Of a stretch of DNA of 64,000 bases, positions 1 through 11,528 are shown in pieces; positions within the stretch are counted from its first letter, which is position 1; each line of letters begins with the position of its first letter. The stretch spans positions 89,900,001 to 89,964,000 of the forward strand of contig NC_083226.1 of NCBI RefSeq assembly GCF_032191835.1. Reading direction: 5' to 3'. Origin of the DNA: Heteronotia binoei (lineage: Eukaryota). The translations under genes were made by a program, and so were the position numbers. The notes beneath the pieces are model-generated. The model was not told the origin of the DNA. It made no database searches and worked only from the letters and a program-made list of their open reading frames with translations.

Positions 1-579
1 CAATCCCATACCTTAATTAGCTAACAAGCTACACATGTTACTCACATGCTTCTCATTTTCCAGCTGCATAGTGGGAGTTACATAATGCTTACACAGTATT
101 ATGGCCCCTTAAAGTGCCATATGCTGTCAGTTGTTGTTAAGTTGTTGTTGTTATTTTAAAAATAAATTATATGTTTCCATTTTTAAGATGCTTGAAAGTT
201 TCTGAATATTGCATTTTTTTTTAAAAAAAATTATTGATTTCCATGGAAGCTCATTTCTAAATATCTTATGCTGTTTGTGAAGACAGTTTATGCTGGATCA
301 CTAAAATTTTAACTATTTAAAACCCTTTCATTTTGCAATGCATTCTTTATTCTCCTTCCTTCTCAGTGGAAAGCAAGAGGCTGCACAGAGAGACATAAGT
401 TTTACTTTTAGGTTTAAAAGAATATGAGATAATATTATTTAAGAAATGAGAGATTTTGTGAAGAGAATTTTTAAAAAGCCATTACTTGTAGATATTTAAT
501 CATTATATCCTGCTTTTCTTCCTGATAGGGACTAAGTTATTTACAACATTATATTCCCTTTCTCCATTTTATTCCTAAA

Positions 580-716
580 TAACAACTCATTGAAGTGTAT
601 TAGGCTAGGAGTGTGTCACCAACTGAAGGCCAACTTCCAAGTTCCTATGGTAGAGTGGGGATTCAAGCCTGGGCTTTTCAAATCAGACTAACTCTAATTA
701 CTCCATGCTGGCTCTT
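580..716 (-). mobile_element. Degraded tRNA-derived MIR/Ther1-like SINE (Squam3-like), partial
   Basis: Reverse complement starts AGAGCCAGCATGG..., has a B-box-like GGCTTGAATCCCC and AGCCTAATACACTTC...GTTGTT; it resembles the intact copy at 22506-22797. Confidence 0.55.
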
Positions 717-1370
717 CTAAAAATGAACTATTTTGTATAGTATAAGACAAAAACATTGGGAGAGGGGCAGAGCTGGATTAACAATTAGGCAAACTAGGCA
801 CTTGCCTAGGGACCCTGCATCTCTGGGTGGCCCCGAGCCAGCTTCTCTCCCCCTGCCCATTTTCATGGCCAACATATTCCTCGTGCATCCCTCTGCTGTC
901 CTTGGCAGTGTGACTCTGAGATTCGCTTTCCCAGCAGGCAGCACTCTTTCCCAGCATCCTGCTGACATCCTTTGCAGACTGGCTGGTGATTGGTGGGGGC
1001 ACTGGAGGGGGCGGAGCGGGCACACATGGCGGGCAGCAGCTGTTTTCAAACTAAAACTGAGAAACCTCTGTGCAGCCTGCAGCATCCATTTCCTTGGCTG
1101 GCCTGGCTTGCTTCCCCTCCCTTCCTCCCTCCTTCTTCTCTTTGGCCTTGGGTCTCAATCTTTTCCCCAGCCACCACCCATGCAGGAGGGGTGGCTCTGC
1201 TGTGCTGAGCGACTTAGCGGTAGGTGTTTCATCTGTAAGAATATAAGACTGTTTTATGGATTAAACTGGACTGTTAATTAACTGTTGGTTCCCCTAGTCT
1301 GTTGTCTGCAGCTACTGCTGTGCTCCAGTTTATGCAACCCAAAATAGAGAATCACAGCATAAATAGACAG

Positions 1371-1832
1371 GGAAACAAAGCAAATGCATCTGCGATTACC
1401 AGCCTCCAAAAAATAAACAAAGAAACCAAAACTGATAAACTGTATCATAAAGTATTTATACACTTGAAGAAAAACCCAGTCGTTCAATCCATTAAATTGT
1501 GCAAAAGACGAAATCACCGGATCCCAGTCCCACTCTTTCCATAGCACGAAGTGCTGGTTGCTCCACAGGGTGATCCTGGTGAAAGCGTGATTATATCCTT
1601 TTCTTCAAAAGTCTTCAAGGAAAATATCCAACAATGTAATATTGCAAAATCTTCAGGAACAGCAGCCAGCAGTCCAAACAAACAGCTACAAGGTCGTACT
1701 GTTACAACAGTACAAGGGTAATAGTACCCTTTATACAACGTGTATAATACAGTTTATGATACAGTTTATCAGTTTGGGGTTTGTTGTTTATTTTTTGGAG
1801 GCTGGTAATTGCAGCTGCATTTGCTTTGTTCC
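1371..1832. repeat. Inverted repeat: ~93-bp arms (1371-1463, 1740-1832) around a 276-bp spacer
   Basis: The arms align by eye at roughly 85-90% identity. The spacer ends in two adjacent perfect hairpins (1696-1713, 1714-1731). Confidence 0.85.
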
Positions 1833-1984
1833 TCTGTGCTCCAGTTTATGGGCATTTGATTTTCCTCTGGTTCACTTCTGTTCTAGGAAGTTCCAAGAGT
1901 TCATTTCTTGGTTTGACAAGTCTATGTAAGATTTAGTTGAAGAGAACTTGGTCATTGTCCAAAACTCAATGAATGCTTCACCTG

Positions 1985-2268
1985 AGTTTTTGTATGTGTG
2001 TAATAAACTGCAGTACTGCAGTTGGAGCCCTCTGCTTATGACCTAAGTTCAATTCCATTGGAAGCTGGTTCAGGTATGTGACTCATCCTTCCATCCTTCC
2101 GAGGTCGATAAAATGAGTACCCAGCTTACTGGGGGGGAAGTGTAGATGACTGGGGAAGGCAATGGCAAACCACCCCGTAAAAAGTCTGCCATGAAAACTT
2201 TGTGAAAGCAACATCACCCCAGAGTTGAAAACGACTGGTGCTTGCACAGAGGACTACCTTTACCTTTT
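1985..2268 (+). mobile_element. Sauria SINE (Bov-B/RTE partner type)
   Basis: Body CCTTCCATCCTTCCGAGGTCG.TAAAATGAGTACCCAGC...GGGAAGGCAATGGCAAACCACCCCG and an ACCTTT-repeat 3' tail (CTACCTTTACCTTTTT). Confidence 0.8.
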
Positions 2269-3915
2269 TAATATATCTTGACACTGTATTAATAACAGAT
2301 AGCAAACTTTAGTCTTATTTAACTGCAATATTAGTAATTACTTTGTTTTGACTTTTAAGCATTCATGTATCCACACAGTAAGTACTTTAGCCCTCTGCTC
2401 GAAGTGGGCTCTGGAATCACATTCCCTACCTGGGTGACCCTTCAGCTTAGGGTTTCCACGGTCTCGGAAGCCCAAAACCAACCAAGGCTGTGCAATTTCG
2501 GACTAACTCTGAGAGGTTCTGAGAGAGCATCCAACTCTACCATGGCAGAACTGACTTGAAGCCAGGACACCATCGAGTCAGTTCCAAAGTGCCTGCTGTG
2601 CAGGAGCCATGATGGCAGAACAGCCATGAGCACCGGGAACAGGTAGCGGCATTATAACAGCAAAATTTCTCCAACCCTATAACTTTTCAACATTAAGGCG
2701 CTTATAACTTCAAACAAACTCTGGAGAAAAAAAGGGGAACTTTTTTCTAACTTGCAGTTTTTGGCGGACGGAGGGTGGTGTTTTCCTGACAACGGAGGTG
2801 ACTGGTGGAGTGAGATGGAGTTCTTGAGGACTCTTTTGTGGTGTGAGGTGAATGGGGACTGCTTCTGTTCTGTGTTTGTTTGTTTTCCTGACTTTGTTTT
2901 CTTTTTTTCCAAAACTGTTTGCAACTTTTCTTTTTGGTTCAAGTGTGTGTGTGTTTGGCTTGTGGCAGCAGGGAGTGAGTGCTGCTTGAAGCTCCCAGAA
3001 CACCTTAGGAGACCCAGCTGAGGAGGAGGAAAGATGCGGAGACGAAGAGATGGAGGGATCCTAAATGAAAACACTTAGCTCTTACAAAGCTCCCAGCCCC
3101 CCCTGCTAATTTACTTTTGGACTTTGACTCTTTATTTTTATTTTTAGGTTTTGGTCTTGGTTTGTTGTGAGTGCAATTTCTACAATCTGGGCTGCTTTAA
3201 GGAAGATTTTTGTGGATTTTCATAATTTCTGGAGGACTTTTTTCTTTTTTTGTTTTTGTGCCAGATCTCCCCCTTTTCCTTTTTTAAGGGGGAACTATAA
3301 CGACAACAGACTTAAAGACAGATCAACAGATTACTACGCTTCAGGTGGACTGAAGGAAGAGGAGCAAAATAAGGTGGACCAGTACAGATAATAGACAAGG
3401 ACTATCAATAGAAGAAATCTTTGGATCATTGAAACATTAAGGAACCTTTTGACTTTTGATTATAGGGGGATATTTAATGAACTGATATTTCTAGTCTGTT
3501 TATGATGTATTCTTTATAGGGTCAGGATTATTAATTTCTGGTGTTAAGTAAGTGATGGTGTTAATTAATTTTGGTGTTAATTAATTTCTGGTGTTGGTTT
3601 CTGGTGTTGTAATTGCTGAACTAAGTAATGAATTAAGTAATTATGTAATTAAGCAATTAATGAATTAAGTCAACTGATTTGGGGTTTTGCTCCAAGGGGG
3701 AAAATAATTATTGTAACTAGAGGATAGATAAGTGAAAAAGGCTACTAGAGGGGCTACCCATTTGGAGGTTCTCTGCTTCTGGTATACACAATAAGGTCTG
3801 TAAGTTAACTTTATAGGGGCCAAGATAAAGCCTCCCATAGGGAGGAACTCATGTTATTATTTTATACCAGGAGAGTACTGACTACCTCATTGAAAGTAGG
3901 CACAACTGAGACAAA

Positions 3916-4884
3916 ATGAGTAGAATTACAAAACTGGAGAAGAAAGTAACACCAAACCCTTCACCCTCACCAACCCCTAATCAGGGAAAATCAATTTCAT
4001 CAATAATTGCTAAGGAAGGTTCTAAAGATTCACAATCTTTGTTGCAATCAATGCTAGCTACAGGTATATCACAAATATCCGAGCAGATCAAAGGGATCAA
4101 TGTTAAAATAGATGGAATCCAGAACCAGCTGACAGAGAATAAACAGGAATTTGGAAAATTGGTGGAGACCATAACAATTCTTGATGTTAAAGTCAACAAA
4201 ACAGAACAGAAAATGGTGGATTTAGAGACTAAAAACAAGCAACAAGAGGACTACCTGGCAAGACTGGAGATGGAAAAAGCTTCCTATATATTAAGATTAC
4301 AGAATGTGCCAGAAGATATAAGTGAGGACCTAACCAGTCTTGTAAGCAGACCTCTAGCTGAATTAATGGAGATGGAACCAGAGAAAATGGAAAGAGAGAT
4401 AGACCAAGTATATAGGGTCTCATCAACATATGCGAAGAAGATGTCATTTCTGTGGGAAGTTCATATTAAATTTGTTAGGAAAAAAATAAGAGACTCAATA
4501 CTCAGAATGGTAAGGGATGATAGCTTATATATTAAGGAGCAGGAGGTAAGAGTTCTAAGAGAAGTACCATGGAGGATAAGAGAAAAGAGAAGGAACTACT
4601 ATCCGATAGTAGATGTCCTGAAAACGCACTCTATTACTTATAGAAGGCTAATTCCAGAGGGTCTGCTCTTCTCTTTTGAAAGAAAAAGACACAAGATTGA
4701 TTCTATACATAAAGCAGAAGACTTTATGAAGACCTACGGACATAAGTTAGAAAAACAAGAAACAGATGAAGAAGGTATTCAGAGTCAAGATGAAGGTAAA
4801 AATGAAAAAGATGGGGAGAAATTTCCAGCCAGAGAAACCAGAGGAATGAGGAAGAAGATTAAAAATGATAGTAAATCAACTTAA
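3916..4884 (+). CDS. L1 ORF1p-like RNA-binding protein (coiled coil + RRM + CTD), 322 aa, uninterrupted
   Basis: Heptad-rich N-half, then LRLQNVPED..EDL, IDQVYRV, EVHIKF, VLREVPWRIREKRRNY and YRRLIPEGL motifs typical of reptile L1 ORF1p; lies directly upstream of ORF2. Confidence 0.85.
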   Translation: MSRITKLEKKVTPNPSPSPTPNQGKSISSIIAKEGSKDSQSLLQSMLATGISQISEQIKGINVKIDGIQNQLTENKQEFGKLVETITILDVKVNKTEQKMVDLETKNKQQEDYLARLEMEKASYILRLQNVPEDISEDLTSLVSRPLAELMEMEPEKMEREIDQVYRVSSTYAKKMSFLWEVHIKFVRKKIRDSILRMVRDDSLYIKEQEVRVLREVPWRIREKRRNYYPIVDVLKTHSITYRRLIPEGLLFSFERKRHKIDSIHKAEDFMKTYGHKLEKQETDEEGIQSQDEGKNEKDGEKFPARETRGMRKKIKNDSKST

Positions 4885-4889
4885 TCGTA

Positions 4890-7800
4890 ATGCCTAAGCA
4901 ACAGCTCAGAATTGTCAGTTAATGTGAATGGTTTGAACTCACCTCAGAAAAGGAGAAAGACTTTTATGCAACTAAAAAAAAACTAAAGTAGAGGTGATAT
5001 GTTTACAGGAGACCCCCATTAAAGAATCAGACGGTAGGCTACTTGAATGTAACAAGCTTGGCAAGACTTTTATTGCAGCAGATGTGAGTAAAAAAAGGAG
5101 AGGTCTAGTGACCTATGTTAAAGAAGAATTAAAACCCAAAAATATATTCCTCCCCAGATGGAAGAATTTTGATGGTTGAGATACATAAAGAAGGCCAGAA
5201 AACCTTGTTGATTAATATCTATGCTCTAAACGACGCACAGAAAACTTTTTACAAGAAATTGTATGAGGAGATGAAATTTTTTGATTACCCAGACTAATAC
5301 ATTATAGGCAACTTTAACATGGTTTTCGATGAGCTACAAGACAGGAAAACTACGAAACAGAAGAAGCTAAAAGCTCTCCAACTCCTGAAGATCTTCCTGC
5401 AACTGGCAGATGAGTATAATTTGATAGATATATTGCAAACAAGGAATGAGAAACAGAAAGATTTTACCTTTTACTCTGACCGGCATCGATCATGGTTGAG
5501 AACAGACATTTTATTTATTTGTTTGTTTGTTTGTTTATTTATTTATTTATTTATTTATTTGAGATTTATATCCCGCCCTTCCCACGAATGGCTCAGGGCG
5601 GCTTCCAACAATTAATCAAACATAGAATTTAAACAATTTCAAATATAAAACAATTAAATATTTAAACAGTTAAAACTTTAAAACAGAATATTTCAATTTC
5701 CTGTAAACAGATGGCTGGCCAGTTACATCAGTTGTCATCCTAGCTAGGTATAGGCTAGCCGGAGGAGGGTCGTCTTACAGGCCCTGCGGAACTGCGCCAA
5801 GTCCCGCAGGGCCCTCACCTCTTCTGGCAGCTGATTCCACCATATGGGGGCCATTACGGAGAAAGCCCTTTCTCTGTTGGCTTTCAGACGGGCTTCTTTT
5901 GGCCCGGGGATAGTGAGGAGATTTTGTATTCCTGACCTCAGTGCTCTCTGGGGAACATGTGGGGAGAGACGGTCCTTCAGGTAGGCAGGTCCCAGGCCAT
6001 ATAGGGCTTTAAAGGTAATAACCAGCACCTTGTACCAGACTCGGTATATCACTGGAAGCCAGTGCAGAGTCCGGAGACCCGGCCGGATGTGTCCCCACTT
6101 TGGGAGACCCAATAGCAGCTGGGCCGCGGCATTCTGCACCAGCTGCAGTTTCCGGGTCCGAGACAAGGGCAGCCCCATGTAGAGGGCATTGCAGTAGTCC
6201 AACCTTGAGGTGACCGTAGCATGGATCACTGTTGCTAGGTCGTCACGTTCCAGAAAGGGGGCCCGCTGCTGGGCCTTAGCCCACATAATGAAGGACATTG
6301 TAGATGTAGAAATCCTACCTATAACATATGCCGATCACAGCCCATTACTGATTACACTGGATAAAAAATGTAAGGAAAATACATGGAGTCTGAATGCTTA
6401 TCTACTAAGAAATAAGGAATTCCTTGACCAGGCTAAAATCTAACTGAAAGACTTCTTTAATAGAATATATGTCAAGAGACACCTATGAGAACAGTTTGGG
6501 ATGTCAGTAAGGCTTTCTTTAGAGGATTAGTTATTAGCTTCTTAGCAAAATTAAGGAAACAAAGAAATTTGAAATAATAGGAACTTACTAGCACGCTAGA
6601 AAGAATAGAGAAGGAATTTAAATCTCATTGCGCAAAACTGGAATTAAAGATGAAAATACAAATGATACAACATCAAAACAACACATTATAGATGGAAGAG
6701 ATGGCAAAGAAAATTAAATTAGTAAAACAAGATTTCTTTGAAATTGCAAACAAGCCAGGCAGGTGGCTGGCATACCATCTAAGAAAAGAAAAAGAGAAAA
6801 TACTTATTCACAGTTTGAGGATGAAGCTGGAGAAAAAATAACCCAAAATGAAGATTTGAAGAAAATTGTTCAAAATGTTTATAAGAAACTATATCAATCG
6901 CAAAATATACCAATAAATCAACAAAAAGAATACCTCAGTAAGCGGACTAGAGCTGAATTGGATGTGGACCAAAAAGATATATTGAACAGACCAATCGCCA
7001 TGGCAGAGATTGTGGAAGCATTCAAGAAGCAAAATAAGGGGAAGGCCCCAGACCCTGATGGTTTACTTTTTGAGTATTATAGAACCCTAGAGGAAATAAT
7101 TTTACTCCCCTTCAAAAATTTGATACAAACAATAGAAAAGGATGGCTTGATAACAGACTCATGAAACGAATCAAGAATTTCACTGATACACAAAGAAGGT
7201 ACTAACCTTAAAGAAATAAGAAACTACAGACACATTTCTTTACTAAATGTCAACTACAACATTTTTGCAGCGATATTGGCTATTCGAGTTTAAAAAGTAC
7301 TATCTACCTAACAGATAAGACTATCTCACTGTGGGAAAATATCTATTCGAAATTGATTAAAGATATAGACAGAGACTTGGATAGGTGGAAGAATCTCCAT
7401 TTATCTCTAATGGGCCGGATGTCAATGATAAAAATGAATATCCTTCCGAGATTGTTATTTCTTTTCCAAACGTTACCCATACAGGTGAAATGCACAGGTT
7501 TTCAAGAACTAAATAAGAAAATATCAAGTTTTATTTGGCAAAGCAAAAGGCCTAGGATAAAATTGAAACTACTACAGGATGACAAATTTAGGGCAGGAAT
7601 GGGGTTACCTGATTTTGAGCTGTATTATAAAGCATGTGCAACGGTCTGGCTAAAAGACTGGATTGAGACCCAAAATAAGCGGGTATTGGGGTTGGAAGGG
7701 TATGATTTGCAGCTTGGGTGGCATGCCTCATTATGGTATGGTAAAGCAGAGAGTCATAAATACGTTGGAAATCATGTTATAAGAAAATCACTACTGGCAA

Positions 7801-8060
7801 CCTGGGAGAAAATGAAAACTAAAATATATACCAAGATCCCCTGTTGGGTTTCTCTGGCAGAAGCATTTATGATCAGATAAAAAATTACTGACTTATGGTG
7901 AACTATTGAATAATGATCTGCTTTTAAAAACTAGTGAGGAACTGAAAGATCAGAATGTAAATTTAGATTGATGGACAAGAGCCCAACTAGATTCAAGATA
8001 TGCAAAAGATAAAATAATTGGATTTGAGAAAGAAAAATTATTATTTGATAAGATTATCTG
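4890..8060 (+). pseudogene. L1 ORF2 (endonuclease/RT) pseudogene with frameshifts, stops, an L2 insertion and RT-core deletion
   Basis: NVNGLNSPQKR, ICLQET, NIYA, GNFN and ADHSP (APE motifs); GKAPDPDG and NYRHISLLN (RT start); LSLMGRMSMIKMNILPRLLFLFQ. At least 12 lesions counted by hand. Confidence 0.9.
5511..6266 (-). mobile_element. L2/CR1-group LINE 3' fragment (5'-truncated) inserted in the L1 endonuclease
   Basis: Open ORF2 C-terminus ATVIHATVTSRLDYCNALYMGLP...LQLVQNAAA...LHWLPV (5744-6266), a 3' UTR and an (ATAA/ACAA)n tail. Removing it restores the L1 frame R-T-D-I|C-W. Confidence 0.9.
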
Positions 8061-8280
8061 TGGCCATTGTCCCCATGCTGGTTTCTTATATTTTGCTGAA
8101 CTTTACTGCCCCACAGATTTGAGATCAGATTTGTATTAACCACTTTTTAAAAAGTGTATTACACACTTTAAAAATAAGGCAGCATGGTTCTTTCATGACA
8201 TTTTGGCCAGCTGAGCTGAATCCACACAATACAGGTGATACTGATGCCCTGAAAATGATTGAGTTAATTTTAGTTTATAG

Positions 8281-8490
8281 CAGGGGTGGCCAAACTGTGG
8301 CTTGGGAGCCACATGTGCCTCTTTCACACATATTGTGTGGCTCTCAAAGCCCCCTCTGCCCCATCTGCCAGCTTGGAGAAGGCATTTCTCTCTTTAAATC
8401 ACTTCCCCAAACCAAGCCACCCAATAGCTTGGAGAATGCATTTAAAGTTGCTTTCTTTCCACCTCCCTCCCTTCATCTATTTTTTTCCTT
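8281..8490 (+). mobile_element. hAT-Charlie-like MITE left part (right part resumes at ~11466-11525), interrupted by CR1
   Basis: Terminal CAGGGGTGGCCAAACT; GTGGCTCTCAAA motif both here and after the gap; right TIR not found. Confidence 0.55.
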
Positions 8491-8549
8491 CCTTCTTCCT
8501 TCCTTCCTTCCTTCCTTCCTTCCTTCCTTCCTTCCTTCCTTCCTTCCTT

Positions 8550-11250
8550 CATAAGAACATAAGAGAAGCCATGTTGGATCAGGCCAACGGCCCATCAAGT
8601 CCAACACTCTGTGTCACACAGTGGCAAAAAAATTTATATACACACATACACTGTGGCTAATAGCCACATATGGACCTGTGCTCCATATTTTTATCTAAAC
8701 CCCTCTTGAAGGTGGCTATATTGTGGCCGCCACCACCTCCTGTGGCAGTGAATTCCACATGTTAATCACCCTTTGGGTGAAGAAGTACTTCCTTTTATCC
8801 ATTTTAACCTTTCTGCTCAGCAATTTCATCGAATGCCCACGAGTTCTTGTATTGTGAGAAAGGGAGAAAAGTACTTCTTTCTCTACTTTCTCCATCCCAT
8901 GCATTATCTTGTAAACCTCTATCATGTCACCCCGCAGTCGACGTTTCTCCAAGCTAAAGAGTCCCAAGCGTTTCAACCTTTCTTCATAGGGAAAGTGCTC
9001 CAGCCCTTTAATCATTCTAGTTGCCCTTCTCTGGACTTTCTCCAATGCTATAATATCCTTTTTGAGGTGCGGCGACCAGAACTGCACACAGTACTCCAAA
9101 TGAGACCGCACCATCGATTTATACAGGGGCATTATGATACTGGCTGATTTGTTTTCAATTCCCTTCCTAATAATTCCCAGCATGGCGTTGGCCTTTTTTA
9201 TTGCAGACGCACACTGTCTTGACATTTTCAGTGAGTTATCTACCACGACCCCAAGATCTCTCTCTTGGTCAGTCTCTGCCAGTTCACACCCCATCAACTT
9301 GTATTTGTAGCTGGGATTCTTGGCCCCATGTGCATTACTTTGCACTTGGCCACATTGAACCGCATCTGCCACGTTGACGCCCACTCACCCAGCCTCAACA
9401 GATCCCTTTGGAGTTCCTCACAATCCTCTCTGGTTCTCACCACCCTGAACAATTTAGTGTCATCCGCAAACTTGGCCACTTCACTGCTCACTCCCAACTC
9501 TAAATCATTTATGAACAAGTTAAAGAGCATGGGACCCAGTACCGAGCCCTGCGGCACCCCACTGCTTACCGTCCTCCACTGCGAAGACTGCCCATTTATA
9601 CTGACTCTCTGCTTCCTATTACTAAGCCAGTTTTTGATCCACAAGAGGACCTGTCCTTTTACTCCATGACTCTCAAGTTTTCTAAGGAGCCTTTGATGAG
9701 GAACTTTATCAAAAGCTTTCTGGAAGTCAAGGTAAACAACATCTATCGGGTCGCCTTTGTCCACATGTTTGTTCACCCCCTCAAAGAAATGTAACAGGTT
9801 AGTGAGGCAAGATCTTCCCTTGCAGAACCCATGCTGAGTCTTCCTCAATAACCCATGTTCATCAATGTGCCTACTCATTCTGTCCTTGATAATGGTTTCT
9901 ACCAACTTTCCTGGTATTGAAGTCAGACTGACTGGCCTGTAATTTCCCGGATCTCCTCTGGAACCCTTTTTAAAGATGGGGGTGACATTTGCTACCTTCC
10001 AGTCCTCAGGAACGGAGGCAGATTTCAATGAAAGATTACAGATTTTTGTTAGAAGATCCACAAGTTCAACTTTGAGTTCTTTCAGAACTCTCGGATGTAT
10101 GCCATCCAGACCCGGTGACTTCTTAGTTTTTAATTTGTCTATCAGTTGTAGGACCTCCTCTTTTGTCACCTCAATCTGACTCAGGTCTTTCAATACCCCT
10201 TCCAAAATTAGTGGTTCTGGGGCGGGCAAAAAGTTCTCGTCTTCCACAGTGAAGACGGAGGCAAAAAATTCATTTAGCTTCTCAGCCATTTCCCTATCCT
10301 CCTTCAGTAATCCTTTTACCCCACTGTCATCCAAGGGCCCCACTGCCTCCCTGGCTGGTTTCCTACTTCTAATATATTTGAAGAAATTTTTATTGTTGGT
10401 CTTTATGTTTTTTGCAATATGCTCCTCATAGTCCCTTTTTGCCTGCCTGATCACAGTCTTGCATTTGATTTGCCACAGCCTGTGTTCCCTTTTACTAATC
10501 TCACTTGGACTGGTTTTCCACCGCTTAAAGGAGTCCTTCTTACCTTTTACAGCTTCCATTACTTTGTTTGTTAACCACGCAGGCCTTTTCTTATGCCTGT
10601 TTGTGCCTTTCCTAACTTGTGGTATGTATTTTATCTGAGCTTCTAGGATTATAGTTTTAAATAGCGTCCAAGCTTCCCCAAGGGTTTTGACCGTATGTAC
10701 CTTTCCTTTCAGTTTCCTCCTCACATGCCTCCTCATCTCAGTGTATTTACCCCTTTTAAAGTTAAACGTGGTTGTGGCGGTCTTTTTGGACCACACCCTA
10801 TTTATACAAACGGTGAAATCAATAACATTATGGTCACTGCTCCCAAGCGGCGCAATCACTTTTACATCTCTCACCAAGTCTTGGGCATTACTTAGGACCA
10901 AATCCAGGATCACCCCACCCTGTGCTATGGAGCAGATGGTTCTGAGACCATCTGCTCCATAGCACAGTCATTGAAAGCATCAAGAAACTCAATCTCTTTC
11001 TCTCGACCAGAACACATATTGACCCAATCAATCTGCGGGTAGTTAAAATCACCTATTACGACACAGTTTTTACATTTAGCCGCTATCTTTAATCCTTCCA
11101 TCATATTATAATCGTCCTCTCTCTTTTGATTTGGTGGGCGATAACAAACTCCCATAGTTAAATTTCCTTTTGGGCCCTCTATTTCAACCCAAAGCATTTC
11201 TAAAAGTGAATCTAATTCTCTGACCTCAGTCTTACTGGACTGTATATCCT
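8550..11250 (-). mobile_element. CR1 LINE (EN + RT + 3' UTR), runs into assembly gap
   Basis: 3' (TTCTTATG)n tail at 8550; RT motifs PGLDGIHP, GNYRPVSLTS, QHGF, YLDFQKAFDKV, VPQGSVLGP, FADD; EN motifs YRPP and GDFNYP. Confidence 0.97.
8716..11250 (-). pseudogene. CR1 ORF2, nearly intact but broken by a ~1-bp frameshift near 9330 and a fold-back duplication at 10920-10967
   Basis: ORF segments 10925-11197, 9294-10913 and 8716-9384 are consecutive parts of one CR1 ORF2 in different frames. Confidence 0.92.
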
Positions 11251-11465
11251 NNNNNNNNNNNNNNNNNNNNNNNNNNNNNNNNNNNNNNNNNNNNNNNNNN
11301 NNNNNNNNNNNNNNNNNNNNNNNNNNNNNNNNNNNNNNNNNNNNNNNNNNNNNNNNNNNNNNNNNNNNNNNNNNNNNNNNNNNNNNNNNNNNNNNNNNNN
11401 NNNNNNNNNNNNNNNNNNNNNNNNNNNNNNNNNNNNNNNNNNNNNNNNNNNNNNNNNNNNNNNNN
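11251..11465. other. Assembly gap (215 N)
   Basis: Run of N. Confidence 1.
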
Positions 11466-11528
11466 TCTGATATTCATGTTTTGTGGCTCTCAAAAATCTG
11501 ACAAACATTTATTCTATGTAACTCTTAT

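Larger units (their letters stand above)
2600..8065 (+). mobile_element. L1-clade LINE, 5' UTR + ORF1 + decayed ORF2, 3' truncated
   Basis: ORF1 is followed after 5 nt by an ORF2 with APE and RT motifs. A long pyrimidine/AT-rich upstream region is taken as the 5' UTR; the 5' boundary is approximate. Confidence 0.85.

Noticed and set aside
717-1281. Overlapping ORFs of 122 aa and 182 aa
   Set aside because: They lie within the GC-rich left part of the hAT MITE; no domain signature.
11212-11508. ORFs spanning N runs (also 54592-54852, 55334-56326, 55917-56564, 55964-56251)
   Set aside because: They appear open only because N codons contain no stops.
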